NCBI GenBank assembly: GCA_040776965.1
Contig: JAXGZO010000001.1
Coordinates: forward strand, 396,675 to 460,674
Direction of reading: 5' to 3'
Length of the DNA stretch: 64,000 nucleotides
DNA from: Thermoleophilia bacterium
Lineage (GTDB): Bacteria; Actinomycetota; Thermoleophilia; UBA2241
In this document: in pieces, positions 18,221 through 28,110 of the stretch
Position numbering within the stretch: position 1 is the stretch's first letter
Layout: every line of letters starts with the position of its first letter
The notes under the pieces: generated by a model
Told to the model about the DNA's origin: nothing
The model's input: only the letters and a program-made list of their open reading frames with translations
Database searches by the model: none
Translations under genes and position numbers: made by a program

Positions 18221-18295
18221 GCAACACCGCAAGCCTCGCCGCCCGGCGTAGCCGCGGCGGGCGAGAGCACGCGAAGGGGCCGCAGTAAGCCCCTC

Positions 18296-18345
18296 GCAAG
18301 CAAAAGGGTCGAGTTCGCAACTGCGAACTCGACCCTTTTGCTTGC
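18296..18345. terminator. Perfect 23-bp-arm palindrome (bidirectional terminator candidate)
   Basis: GCAAGCAAAAGGGTCGAGTTCGC-AACT-GCGAACTCGACCCTTTTGCTTGC. Both arms are exact reverse complements. Confidence 0.5.
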
Positions 18346-18450
18346 GCTCTCGAAGACGGGCGTATACGCCGAGTGGCTCACTCAGTGCGTTGCCTCGGGA
18401 GGGGAAGAGCCGAGGGGTGCCCCTCAAAGCTACCCCCCTGCGAGGAAAAA

Positions 18451-18491
18451 AGAGCCGCCCTGTAGCCGTAAGGATGCTACAGGGCGGCTCT
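18451..18491 (-). terminator. Rho-independent terminator of the SLH/NlpC-P60 gene
   Basis: It has 15-bp perfect arms (AGAGCCGCCCTGTAG / CTACAGGGCGGCTCT) and an 11-nt loop. On the minus strand it is followed by TTTTTT. Confidence 0.6.
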
Positions 18492-18643
18492 TCTGCGAAG
18501 GCGTACCTTTACGCCACCGTCTCTCGTCGCTACTTGCTCCACACCCCTTAATGCTCGCCTTCCCGGCCTTCTTAGGGCATGCGAGATGCACTTTACGAGC
18601 TTCTTGCCGCTCTTGATCTCGACCCCGGGGTAGCCGAGACCGA

Positions 18644-19846
18644 CTAGAGCTTGAGCTCGGCCGGCGTGAGCACCCGCCGGCCCCAGGCGAAGTACTGCTT
18701 GTAGTACGGCGTCTTGTCGAGTGAATTAAGGGTGACGCCAGCACTCGAGGAGCTCCTTGAGGAGCTAGTAGAGTGGATAAACCACCCGTTGCCGAGGTAC
18801 AGCCCGGCGTGGTAGATCTCCTGCTTCGCGACGCTCGACTTGGGGCCGTTGCGCCCGAAGAAGATGAGGTCGCAGCCCTTGAGCTGCGCGCGGGTAATGC
18901 GGGGTTTGGCCCGCGCGGCCATATCGTTGGCGCCGCGCTCGTTAACCGGGTACCCAAACCGCATCTTCATGAGGTAGAAGACGAACCCGGAGCAGTCGAA
19001 CCCACCGCTCGCCTGGTAGCCGTAAGGTGAGTTCTCGGTGGGGTACTCGCCCCCCCATACGTACGGGTAGCCGATGTATTTAAAGGCGACCTCCATGATC
19101 TGCCGCTGCCGGGCGCTGAGAGGCGGAAACTCGATCGTCTTAAAGTCGCCGAGGTAGAGCGGGTACCACTTGCCACTCACCGCGTAGCCGCGGGAGATGA
19201 GGTTGGCGGCCTCGGCCCTGTTGAGCGGCTCGGTGGGCACGAGCTCGCGGTCATCGTTCTGCGCGAGATGATTAAATCGCAGCTGAAGCTGCCGCGAGGC
19301 AACGACGAAGGGGAGGTAGGAGGGCGCGCGGGTGTTCCAGCCCTTATTGGGCCGCCAGCGGGTGGGGTACAGCGTGGTGAGCAGCCCCCAGTTGTAGCTT
19401 GGGTACCGCAGCTTGAGCCACCGCACCACACCTACCTCAGCCTGCCACGTCAGTACGGGGCCCTCCGGGTTAAACTTGCCGTCTTTGGCGAGCACCAAAA
19501 ACCCTAAGCGAAGCGCCATCTGGACGGTACGGTACGAGGGGTGGGAGGGCGGGATGTCGACGACGTTGACCGGGTTCTTCACGGGGACGCCCTCGCGTTT
19601 TGCGGCGCGCACCATCGCGGTGGCGAACTGCAACCTCGTTAGCGGCCGCTGCGGCGCGAAGAGCTTGCCGTAGTCGGTGAGAAGCCGTTTGTCGGTAACA
19701 TCGTCGATCTGGTCGTGAGCCCAGTGCGTGGCGGGGACGTCGGAGAAAGTCGTGGCGTGCACCCGAGGAGCGGCGCCGAGGAAGAGGCCGGCGACACCGA
19801 GAAGACAAACGACGACGATGACGAATTTGTAATGAAGTGCGTGCAT
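18644..19846 (-). CDS. SLH-domain cell-wall hydrolase, NlpC/P60 family
   Basis: The start is MHALHYKFVIVVVCLLGVAG (signal/TM). The SLH motif is TFSDVPATHWAHDQIDDVTD. The C-terminal NlpC/P60 region is GGFDCSGFVFYLM...HAGLYLGNGWFIHS (Cys-His). Track ORF 18644..20059 is 5'-extended. Confidence 0.75.
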   Translation of the reverse strand: MHALHYKFVIVVVCLLGVAGLFLGAAPRVHATTFSDVPATHWAHDQIDDVTDKRLLTDYGKLFAPQRPLTRLQFATAMVRAAKREGVPVKNPVNVVDIPPSHPSYRTVQMALRLGFLVLAKDGKFNPEGPVLTWQAEVGVVRWLKLRYPSYNWGLLTTLYPTRWRPNKGWNTRAPSYLPFVVASRQLQLRFNHLAQNDDRELVPTEPLNRAEAANLISRGYAVSGKWYPLYLGDFKTIEFPPLSARQRQIMEVAFKYIGYPYVWGGEYPTENSPYGYQASGGFDCSGFVFYLMKMRFGYPVNERGANDMAARAKPRITRAQLKGCDLIFFGRNGPKSSVAKQEIYHAGLYLGNGWFIHSTSSSRSSSSAGVTLNSLDKTPYYKQYFAWGRRVLTPAELKL

Positions 19847-19980
19847 ACGTCTACCTTGCGCGTATTCGCCACCGACGGCCAATCTCCTGTAGGGTCGCCT
19901 TCGGTGGGTCAGCGCGGTAGTCTCTTGTGTTCCACTGCAGGATATCAGAGCTTCACGGGCGTTTCTTGGAGGTACAGGTG

Positions 19981-21489
19981 ATGACGACGAAACCGCAGAG
20001 CACCACCACACCCAAACGCACCCGGTCGGCCGCCGCGGCCCGCTGGTGCCGTATTGCAACCCTCACCGCACTCACCGCGCTCGTGGCGGCCTCCCCGGCG
20101 CTCGCGGGCACCGAGACCAAGTTCACCATCTCCGGCAAGGGTTGGGGCCACGGCATCGGCCTCTCGCAATGGGGCGCCTACGGGTTCGCCAAGCACGGCT
20201 GGAAGTACGACCGCATTCTCGCGCGCTACTACAAAGGCACCTCGCTCAAGCGCATGAGCTTCGCCCCTATGCGCGTGCTCCTCAAGAGCGGCCTCACGAG
20301 CGCCAAGGTCACCTACTCCACGCAGTACACCGCCTCGGGCGGCGGTAAGAGCATGACGATCCCCGCCAATACCGTAGCCGTCACGACCTACGCGAGAAAC
20401 CTCTACACCGTAACGGCCGGCTCCAAAAAAGAGACTTTCTCCTCCGCCGTCACCTTTAAATCGCCCAAAAACATCATGAATGTACGCACGCCGAGCGACA
20501 TGAACGTCGTCGGCCTCTACCACGGCACGATCACCGTCGCCCTCTACAACGGAAAGCTCGCGATCGTCAACACCGTGCCCATGGAGAACTTCACCTGCTC
20601 CAACATCTCGCACGAGGTGAGCGGCTCATGGCCGGCGGAGGCGATCAAGGCCCAGGCCTGCGCGGCGCGCTCCTATGCTGCACGGGTCGCCATGGGGGCG
20701 CCGAAGGGGCGTATCTTCGACGTGTACTGCGACACGCGGCGCGCGCAGACCTATACCGGTATCGGCCACGAGCACCCGGCCATCAACGCCGCCGTGCGGG
20801 CAACCGCCGGCATCGGGCCCGTCTACAACGGCGCGCCCATCTCCGCCTTCTACTTCGCCTCCTCCGGCGGCTACACCGAGAACATCGAGTACGGCTGGTG
20901 GCCGGGCGGCTCCCCCATCCCCTACCTCAAGGGGGTACGCGACCCGTACGATACGTACGCCTCGCGCCACACGTGGGGGCCCTTTACCTTTACACAGAGG
21001 GCCGCGACCGCCTCGCTGGGCGGCGACGTGCGCGGGGATCTACGCGCCATTACCACCGTGCGCCGCGGCGTCTCACCCCGCACCGTGCAGGCGGCCGTGG
21101 TGGGCAGTAAGGGCACCACGCTCATCGGCGGCAACGCGTTGCGCGTAAAACTCGGCCTCTACAGCACGTGGCTGTCGATCCGCAGTATGGCCATAAGCCC
21201 CGCGGCGGGCGACAAAAAGAGGGTGACCCCAGGCACAAAGGTCACCCTCTCCGGTCGCACGTACCCGGGAATCGCCACCGGGGGCATCGTCACGCTCAAC
21301 TCCTACTACAACGGCGCATGGCACACCCAGCGCGTAACGACCACGCGCTCCAGCACCCCCCTGCCGGGGGGCAAGAGCGCGAGCTTCTCGTCGTACAAGG
21401 CGACCGTCACGGTGCGGAGCACCACGAGGTACTACTGGTCGTACGGCGCCACAACCTCGCCGTCCACGACCATCACTACGACGAGGTGA
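19981..21489 (+). CDS. SpoIID/LytB-domain protein (amidase enhancer-like)
   Basis: The start is MTTKPQSTT after GGAGG. The signal peptide is ALAGTET. The SpoIID signature is GKGWGHGIGLSQWGAYGFA. The C-terminal region is Thr/Ser-rich. Confidence 0.8.
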   Translation: MTTKPQSTTTPKRTRSAAAARWCRIATLTALTALVAASPALAGTETKFTISGKGWGHGIGLSQWGAYGFAKHGWKYDRILARYYKGTSLKRMSFAPMRVLLKSGLTSAKVTYSTQYTASGGGKSMTIPANTVAVTTYARNLYTVTAGSKKETFSSAVTFKSPKNIMNVRTPSDMNVVGLYHGTITVALYNGKLAIVNTVPMENFTCSNISHEVSGSWPAEAIKAQACAARSYAARVAMGAPKGRIFDVYCDTRRAQTYTGIGHEHPAINAAVRATAGIGPVYNGAPISAFYFASSGGYTENIEYGWWPGGSPIPYLKGVRDPYDTYASRHTWGPFTFTQRAATASLGGDVRGDLRAITTVRRGVSPRTVQAAVVGSKGTTLIGGNALRVKLGLYSTWLSIRSMAISPAAGDKKRVTPGTKVTLSGRTYPGIATGGIVTLNSYYNGAWHTQRVTTTRSSTPLPGGKSASFSSYKATVTVRSTTRYYWSYGATTSPSTTITTTR

Positions 21490-22159
21490 GCGCCACCGGG
21501 TAAAACCCCGGCGTCTGGTGGCGGTAGATCTCGCCCTCCACCATGTAGAGCACATCCTCGGCGATGTTAGTGGCGTGGTCGGCCATGCGCTCGAGGCAGC
21601 GAGCAACGTTGACGAGCAAGATTAAGCCGTCGAGGTCGTCGAGGTCGGCCCGGATCCGGTTTTTGAGCTCCTCAATGAGGCTCGCGTAAAACGCGTCGAT
21701 CTCGTCGTCGGCCGCCAGCACCCGGCGCGCCGTGCGCGCGTCCTGGCGTACCAGGGAGTCGAGCGCCCGCTCCACGATACGCTCGGTGCGGTCCGCCAAG
21801 GTGATCATCTCGGAGGGCACTGCGACCGCCGAGCCGGCGACGCACTCTATAGCCTTCTCGGCTATCTCGGCCGAGAGGTCGCCGATGCGCTCCAGCTCGC
21901 TGTTGATCTTAACGACGGCGATCAAAAAGCGTAGGTCTTTGGCGACCGGCTGGTAGAGCGCGAGGATCTTGAGGCACTCCTCCTCCACGTCGACCTCTTG
22001 CTCATCGATCACCGCATCGGTGTTGATAACCCGATGCGCCTTCTCTACGTCGTGCTCCTCGAGCCCCTGCATGGCGAGGCGCATGCTCTCCTCCACCAAG
22101 GCGCCGAGCGCCAGCATTTTGCGCTTGAGCCTATCGATCTCACGCTGCAGATGTACCAT
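21476..22159 (-). CDS. phoU: Phosphate transport system regulator PhoU
   Basis: 227 aa. It has two PhoU repeats (LEEHDVEKAHRVI..DD.ID; ELERIGDLSAEIAEKA). Confidence 0.85.
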   Translation of the reverse strand: MVHLQREIDRLKRKMLALGALVEESMRLAMQGLEEHDVEKAHRVINTDAVIDEQEVDVEEECLKILALYQPVAKDLRFLIAVVKINSELERIGDLSAEIAEKAIECVAGSAVAVPSEMITLADRTERIVERALDSLVRQDARTARRVLAADDEIDAFYASLIEELKNRIRADLDDLDGLILLVNVARCLERMADHATNIAEDVLYMVEGEIYRHQTPGFYPVALTSS

Positions 22160-22173
22160 GATGTCCTCGTCGA

Positions 22174-23076
22174 TCAGCCGAAGCGGCCGGTGATGTAGTC
22201 CTCGGTCTGCTTCTCCTTCGGGTTGGAGAAGATCTGTGTCGTCGGCCCGAACTCCACGATCCGCCCCTTAAAGAAGAAGGCCGTGTAGTCGCTCACGCGT
22301 GCGGCCTGCTGCATGTTGTGCGTCACGAGCACGATCGTGTACTTGTCTTTAAGCTCGAGGATCAACTCCTCGATCTTCGCCGTGGCGACCGGGTCGATGG
22401 CCGAGCAGGGCTCGTCCATGAGCAGGATGTCGGGCTCAGCCGCGATCGCGCGGGCGATACACAGGCGCTGCTGCTGCCCGCCGGAGAGCGCGTTGCCCGG
22501 CTCGTCGAGCTTGTCCTTAACCTCGTCCCAAATAGCGGACCTGCGCAGCGCGTCCTCGACGCGCTGCGAGAGCTCCGCGCGACCCATCTTGTAGTGCTGC
22601 CGCAGGCCGTAGGCCACGTTGTCGAAGACGGTCATGGGAAACGGGCTCGGCTTCTGAAAGATCATCCCCACACGGCGACGCAGGTCGAGCAGGTCGGTGC
22701 GCGACGAGAGAATATTGCCGCCGTCGAAGAGGATCTCGCCGGTGGCCCGCTGCTCGCGGTAGAGGTTGTAGATGCGGTTGTAGGTGCGCAGGTGCGTCGA
22801 CTTACCGCAGCCCGAGGGCCCGATAACGGCCGTGACCCTGTTCTTCTTAACTTCGAGGAAGTTGTCGAAGAGCGCCTGGCTCTTACCGTAGAAGAAGTTG
22901 AGGTTGCGGACCGAGATCGCGCTGGGAAGCGCGTCGAAGTCCTCACCGGCTGCGGCGGCGCGCTCCACGGAGACCTCGACGCGCGGCGGCATCACCGTCT
23001 GTGCCGAGCCTCTCGCCCCAGCCTCCGTCTTGGCCTTCGTCTCTGTTTCGGATGTATCCATTGTTACCGTCTTCAT
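22174..23076 (-). CDS. pstB: Phosphate ABC transporter ATP-binding protein PstB
   Basis: Walker A is GPSGCGKST. The ABC signature is [13 protein letters not shown]. Walker B is ILLMDEP. Its start overlaps the pstA stop (ATGA). Confidence 0.9.
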   Translation of the reverse strand: MKTVTMDTSETETKAKTEAGARGSAQTVMPPRVEVSVERAAAAGEDFDALPSAISVRNLNFFYGKSQALFDNFLEVKKNRVTAVIGPSGCGKSTHLRTYNRIYNLYREQRATGEILFDGGNILSSRTDLLDLRRRVGMIFQKPSPFPMTVFDNVAYGLRQHYKMGRAELSQRVEDALRRSAIWDEVKDKLDEPGNALSGGQQQRLCIARAIAAEPDILLMDEPCSAIDPVATAKIEELILELKDKYTIVLVTHNMQQAARVSDYTAFFFKGRIVEFGPTTQIFSNPKEKQTEDYITGRFG

Positions 23077-23987
23077 TCATGTCCTCGCTGGAAAAGGAAT
23101 CGTACGAGTAGGTTCATGCCGAGCACCGCAACGATGATCAGCAGCGCTCCACCCCAGGCAAGCTCCTGCCACTGTGGGTAGGGGGAGGCGGAGAAGTCGT
23201 AGATCGTCTTCGTGAGGTTGGCCACGGGGCCACCGAAGAAGCCGCTCTGCCCGAAGAGCCCGCTGAGCCAGTACGGACTGCTCAATGCCGTAAAGAGAAG
23301 CGGGGCCGTCTCCCCGGCGACGCGCACCACGGCGAGCGTCGCACCGGTGATAAGGCCGCCGCGAGCCGCCTTGCAGATCACGCCGAGCGTGACCTTCCAG
23401 CGCGGCGCGCCCATGGCGAGGCCCGACTCGCGGAGCTCGTTGGGCACGAGGTTGAGGATGTCTTCGGTGGTGCGCGCCATAACCGGCAGCATGATGAACG
23501 CGAGGGCGACCGCTCCTGCGAACCCGGAGTAGTGCTGCAGCGGTTTAACGAGGATGGCGAACGCGAAGACGCCGACGATGATAGAGGGCACGCCCATCAC
23601 CACGTTCGCGACCATGCGCACGCCGGTCGCGAAGCGGCCGTCGCGCCCGAACTCGGAGAGGTACACCCCGCCGAGAAACCCTATGGGGAGGGCGATAAGC
23701 GCTGCGGCGCCCGTAAGCGCCAGCGTACCGACGATCGCGTTGGCGAAGCCGCCGACCGCTGATGTTGGGTCTTGCGGGGTCGCCTGCGTAAAGAAGGCGA
23801 CGTCCCAGGAGGCGAGGCCACGCGTAACGACCTCGTAGACGATAAAGGCCATCGCCAATATGCCGAGCAGGGCGCCGACCCACGAGAAGGCCTTGACCAC
23901 GATATCCGCCGCCTTGCGCCCGTTAATGGACCGCGTGCGCACCGCACCCTCGGGCGCACGACCAGCCGTTGCTTCACGTGTGCTCAT
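23073..23987 (-). CDS. pstA: Phosphate ABC transporter permease PstA
   Basis: The start is MSTREATAG... It is a multi-TM protein with the EAA-like loop ([23 protein letters not shown]). Track ORF 23073..24314 is 5'-extended into pstC. Confidence 0.8.
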   Translation of the reverse strand: MSTREATAGRAPEGAVRTRSINGRKAADIVVKAFSWVGALLGILAMAFIVYEVVTRGLASWDVAFFTQATPQDPTSAVGGFANAIVGTLALTGAAALIALPIGFLGGVYLSEFGRDGRFATGVRMVANVVMGVPSIIVGVFAFAILVKPLQHYSGFAGAVALAFIMLPVMARTTEDILNLVPNELRESGLAMGAPRWKVTLGVICKAARGGLITGATLAVVRVAGETAPLLFTALSSPYWLSGLFGQSGFFGGPVANLTKTIYDFSASPYPQWQELAWGGALLIIVAVLGMNLLVRFLFQRGHE

Positions 23988-24997
23988 GCACGACCTCCCG
24001 TACGACGGCGCACTCGGCGAAGCCACATCTGCGCGAGGATCTGAAAGACCACCGTGATGAGGAAGAGGATCAAGCCGAGCTCGATCAGCGCACTCATCTG
24101 GACCGGGTTGGTGGCCTCGCTGAACTGCTGCGCGATCAACGAGGCGATCGAGGTACCCGGGTCGAAGAGCGACTTCGGCAGGCCGGTGTAGACGCTGCCG
24201 ATGAGGTACGCCACGGCCATCGTCTCGCCCAGCGCCCGGCCGAGCCCGATAAAGATGGCGCCCACGATCCCGCTGTTGGCGTAGCGCAGGCTGATGTTGC
24301 GCATGACCTCCCACGTGGTGGAGCCCATACCGTACCCGGCCTCTTTGGTCACACGGGGGACCATGGAGAGCACGTCGCGGGAGACCGCCGTGATGTAGGG
24401 GAGCACCATGAAGGCGAGCACCACACCAGCCGTGAAGATCGAGAGGCCGCCGCCCTGAAACTGAGGGCCGGGCTTAATGCCGAGCAGCCCGCCCAGCGGC
24501 GTGCCCAAAAACCACGGCACCGCGTGCTCTTGGAGAAAGGGGACGACCACGAAGAGGCCGACCATGCCGTAGATGATGCTGGGGATAGCCGCGAGCATCT
24601 CGATACCCGTGCTCACGACGCGCCCGAGAGAGGGGTGCACGAGCTCCACGAGTAGGAGTGCGATCACCATGGCGATCGGCACGGCGATCACCATGGCGAT
24701 GATCGAGGAGAGAGCGGTTCCGGCGAGCGCCCCGAGCGCCCCGTACTGCCCTATGCTCGGTGCCCACGACACCGTCGTGAGGACTTTAAGGCCGAGGGTA
24801 GAGATCGCCGGCCATGAGTTGTAGATAAGGACGCCGGCGAGCCCGAACATCGCCGCCGCAACAACACCGCCGCTGGCGGTGGCCAGGCCCTTAAAGAGCG
24901 TGTCGCCGAAGTGCGAACGCCCGCCGCGCGGCGCCGTGGTAGCGGCGCCGCGCGGCAGAAAAGAGCCCGGAGATGGATTTACATCAGGTGCACTCAC
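23984..24997 (-). CDS. pstC: Phosphate ABC transporter permease PstC
   Basis: 337 aa with multiple TM helices and a PstC-like conserved loop (EAGYGMGSTTWE). Confidence 0.8.
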   Translation of the reverse strand: MSAPDVNPSPGSFLPRGAATTAPRGGRSHFGDTLFKGLATASGGVVAAAMFGLAGVLIYNSWPAISTLGLKVLTTVSWAPSIGQYGALGALAGTALSSIIAMVIAVPIAMVIALLLVELVHPSLGRVVSTGIEMLAAIPSIIYGMVGLFVVVPFLQEHAVPWFLGTPLGGLLGIKPGPQFQGGGLSIFTAGVVLAFMVLPYITAVSRDVLSMVPRVTKEAGYGMGSTTWEVMRNISLRYANSGIVGAIFIGLGRALGETMAVAYLIGSVYTGLPKSLFDPGTSIASLIAQQFSEATNPVQMSALIELGLILFLITVVFQILAQMWLRRVRRRTGGRA

Positions 24998-25045
24998 CGT
25001 CTCCGCCTTCTTGAAGAAAAGTCGACAATTCGCTCCTGCTTACTT

Positions 25046-26161
25046 CTACACCACAGGGGAGCCGCCGGCGGTGATGCCAGACCAGACCTCGTCCTGCACG
25101 ATCTTGTAGACGGAGGCCGGGATGGCGACGTAGTTGAGCTTGCCGGCGGCGTTCTCGCCGTTGGCGTAGCACCAGTCGAAGAACTTGAACATCTCGGTGG
25201 CGCGGGCGGCATCCTGCTGCTCTTTGTGCACGAGGATGAAGGAGGCACCGGTGATCGGCCATGCGTCCTTGCCCTTTTGGTCCACGAGTACCAGCGCCAT
25301 GCTCGGGAGGCTGCCCTTCCAGTCGGCGGTAGCGGTGGCCGCGGTGAAGGCCTTGATGCTCGGCTTCACCCAGGCGCCGCTCTTGTTCTTCATCTGGACG
25401 GTGGTCATGCCCGTCTCGGCCGCGTAGGCGTACTCGACGTAGCCGATAGCGCCGTTGAGCTGCTGCACGCTGGCGGCCACGCCCTCGTTGCCCTTACCGC
25501 CGACGCCGGCCGGCCAAGGCACCTCTTTACCAGCACCGGCGGTCCAGACCTTACCGGCGGCTGCGTCGAGGTAGTTGGTGAAGATCCACGAGGTGCCCGA
25601 GCTGTCGGAGCGGTGCACGACGCTGATCTTGGTGTCGGGGAGGGTGACGCCGGAGTTGATCTTGGCGATCGTGGGGTCGTTCCACTTCGTGGTCTTGCCC
25701 ATGTAGATGCTCGCGAGCACGTCGGAGGTGAGGCGCAGTTGGCCGTCTTTGACGCCCTTGATGTTCACGACGACGACCACACCGCCTACGGTCATCGGGA
25801 ACTGAGCGAGACCGGCCTCTTTGAGCTCCTTCTCATCGAGAGGGGCGTCGGAGGCACCGAAGTCGACGGTCTTGGCCTTGATCGCGGAGATGCCGGCACC
25901 GGAGCCGACGGACTGATAGTTGAGCTTGGTACCGGCTACGCCCTGGTAGTCGGAGCCCCACCGCGTGTAGAGCGGGGCCGGGAAGCTCGCGCCGGCACCG
26001 ATAATGGTGCCACTCGCCATCGCCGATGAAGCACTGGGGGATGCGCCCGAGCTGGAGCTCCCCTCGCCCCCGCAACCGGCCACGACGAACGACGGGACCG
26101 CAACCGCAGCACAGAGTGCGGCCGCCATCACGACACGTCGCAGGGATTTCGGCATCTTCAT
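25046..26161 (-). CDS. pstS: Phosphate-binding lipoprotein PstS
   Basis: MKMPKSL...VVAGCGG is a lipobox. The PBP-like region is GAGASFPAPLYTRW. RBS GAGGAG precedes the ATG at 26161. Confidence 0.85.
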   Translation of the reverse strand: MKMPKSLRRVVMAAALCAAVAVPSFVVAGCGGEGSSSSGASPSASSAMASGTIIGAGASFPAPLYTRWGSDYQGVAGTKLNYQSVGSGAGISAIKAKTVDFGASDAPLDEKELKEAGLAQFPMTVGGVVVVVNIKGVKDGQLRLTSDVLASIYMGKTTKWNDPTIAKINSGVTLPDTKISVVHRSDSSGTSWIFTNYLDAAAGKVWTAGAGKEVPWPAGVGGKGNEGVAASVQQLNGAIGYVEYAYAAETGMTTVQMKNKSGAWVKPSIKAFTAATATADWKGSLPSMALVLVDQKGKDAWPITGASFILVHKEQQDAARATEMFKFFDWCYANGENAAGKLNYVAIPASVYKIVQDEVWSGITAGGSPVV

Positions 26162-26290
26162 AGTCTGCTCCTCGCTTTCGTCCACAGGTAGTTGAAACGG
26201 CAGTACGCCACTGGGACGATGCTAGGAGACCTCTGTGTCCGCCCGGTTAGCCGAAGGCGAACCGGGGGCAAAGCCGAAGAGCGCTGCGCC

Positions 26291-27601
26291 TTACGAAAGC
26301 GAGTCCTTCGCCGAACTTTTCGGGATATGCAGCGTAAACGTGCTGCCCCGGCCGAGCTCACTCTCCACGGAGACTCTACCGCCGTGAAGCTGCATGACGT
26401 GCTTAACGATCGCCAAACCGAGACCCGTGCCGCCGAGATCGCGACTCCGCGCTTTATCGACGCGGAAGAAGCGCTCGAAGAGCCTGGAGAGGTGCTCTCG
26501 CTCCACGCCGAGCCCGTAGTCGCGCACAATGACCTGCACCTCCGCGGGCGTCTCGACGATCATCACCTCGACCTCACTGCCGTCTGGGCTGTACTTCACC
26601 GCGTTATCGACGAGGTTGATGATCGCTTGCTCGATGAGCGGCGGGTTGATGAGCACGACGGTCGGCATCTCGGGCACACGCACCCTTAAGTTAATGTCGC
26701 GCGCCGCCGCCTTCACGCTGCAGACCTCGGCGGCCACGTGCGCGATCGTGCGCACATCGCCCTCGCTCATCGCGGGGGGCTTCGTCTCCACCGCCTCAAG
26801 GGTAGAGAGCGAGAGGAGATCGTCGACGATCGCGTTGAGCCTGTCGGCCTGCCCGGCGACGATGGTTAAAAACCGGCGCGCCGTGGCCGCATCCTCCACA
26901 GCCCCGTCGAGCAGGGTCTCGGTGAAGCCCTTAATGGAGGTCACCGGGGTCTTGAGCTCATGAGAGACGTTGGCCACGAAGTCGCTCCGTACCGCCTCGA
27001 GGCGCTTAAGGCGCGTCACGTCGTTGAGCACCACAACGGCACCGTAGGTGCTGGAGTCTGGCCGATGGAGGAGCACGCCGTTGGTCTGCAAGACCCGCTC
27101 CTCGTCGCACACCCGCAGGACGATCTCTCGCTCCACCGGCCCGTCGCCGGCGAGGGTGTCGGCGACGGTGCGCTGTAGCTCCGGGTTGCGGACGACCTCC
27201 TGGATACTGCGTCCCACGGCGGCGTCTCGCTCCACATCCAGGAGCCGGGCGGCCGCCTCGTTCATGGTGAGCACCCGCTCCTCCCTGTCGACGGCGAAAA
27301 CGCCCTCGATCATGCTCCCCAAGATAGCCTCGCGCTCGTTGCGCTCGTGGGTGAGCTTATGAACCTCTTCGTTGAGCCGCTCCGCCATGGCGTTGAGGCT
27401 CTGGCCGATGAAGTTGAACTCGTAAACCCGCAGAGGCGGGAGCTTGACCGTAAAATCGCCGGCGGAGAACCGCTGCGCACCGTCCGTTAGCTCGCGAACT
27501 TGCTTGTTGGTCCACAGCGTAAACCAGAGGACGACAGCTCCAGCGAAGAACGCCACGAAGAGCGACCCGAGAGCGATGCGGCGATAGAGCTGCTGAAGCA
27601 C
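26291..27601 (-). CDS. phoR: Sensor histidine kinase PhoR, cytoplasmic portion (TM2-HAMP-PAS-HisKA-HATPase)
   Basis: LGSLFVAFFAGAVVLWF (TM), then a PAS-like region. The HisKA motif is FVANVSHELKTP. The HATPase motif is GGTGLGLAIVKHVMQLHGG. The frame overlaps the upstream sensor-domain ORF 27487..28110 (see findings). Confidence 0.8.
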   Translation of the reverse strand: MLQQLYRRIALGSLFVAFFAGAVVLWFTLWTNKQVRELTDGAQRFSAGDFTVKLPPLRVYEFNFIGQSLNAMAERLNEEVHKLTHERNEREAILGSMIEGVFAVDREERVLTMNEAAARLLDVERDAAVGRSIQEVVRNPELQRTVADTLAGDGPVEREIVLRVCDEERVLQTNGVLLHRPDSSTYGAVVVLNDVTRLKRLEAVRSDFVANVSHELKTPVTSIKGFTETLLDGAVEDAATARRFLTIVAGQADRLNAIVDDLLSLSTLEAVETKPPAMSEGDVRTIAHVAAEVCSVKAAARDINLRVRVPEMPTVVLINPPLIEQAIINLVDNAVKYSPDGSEVEVMIVETPAEVQVIVRDYGLGVEREHLSRLFERFFRVDKARSRDLGGTGLGLAIVKHVMQLHGGRVSVESELGRGSTFTLHIPKSSAKDSLS

Positions 27602-28110
27602 CTCATCGATCTCGCTGAGGGGGAGGCCGCACGCGCGACCGCGATAACCTTACCGTTCGCTATTACCGGCGCGGCAACGTACATCTCGTCGACGCCCAAC
27701 GAGGTGCTGCGCCGCACGGCGTTCCCGATCTCGCCACGCAGGGCCGCTTTAACCTCGGGGCGATCGCGGTGATTAGCCGCGGTGTCGGCCGAGACCATGG
27801 AGTCGGCGAGCACGAGGCCCGTCTTCCCACCGAACGCACCGGAGGAGATCAGGGTGAGTCGGCTTCTGACCCCAATGGAGAGGGTTTTAAGGTGCGCGTT
27901 GAGATCGTTTGACGAGGTATGGCGAACCGTCGGCTCGATCTCCTTCGCCAAATACACGGCGGCCGCCCGAAGGTTATCCTGCGCCTTCTCGGTGAAGTAG
28001 CTCCGCAGGGCATCCGCCGCGAGGAACCCACTCGCCGCGGCGCAGAGCACCACGACGACGAGATACGTTACGTAGCTGCGCCAGAAGAGGTGCGACCGCC
28101 GCATGGTCAC
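27487..28110 (-). pseudogene. phoR: PhoR N-terminal fragment (TM1 plus extracytoplasmic sensor domain), apparently separated from the kinase portion by a +1/-1 frameshift
   Basis: MTMRRSHLFWRSYVTYLVVVVLCAAASGFLAA (TM1) is followed by a roughly 130-aa extracytoplasmic domain ending ...APVIANGKVIAVARA. The frame then decays into a junk tail. The kinase frame opens only 17 codons upstream of the junction. This may be a real frameshift or a sequencing error. Confidence 0.5.
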
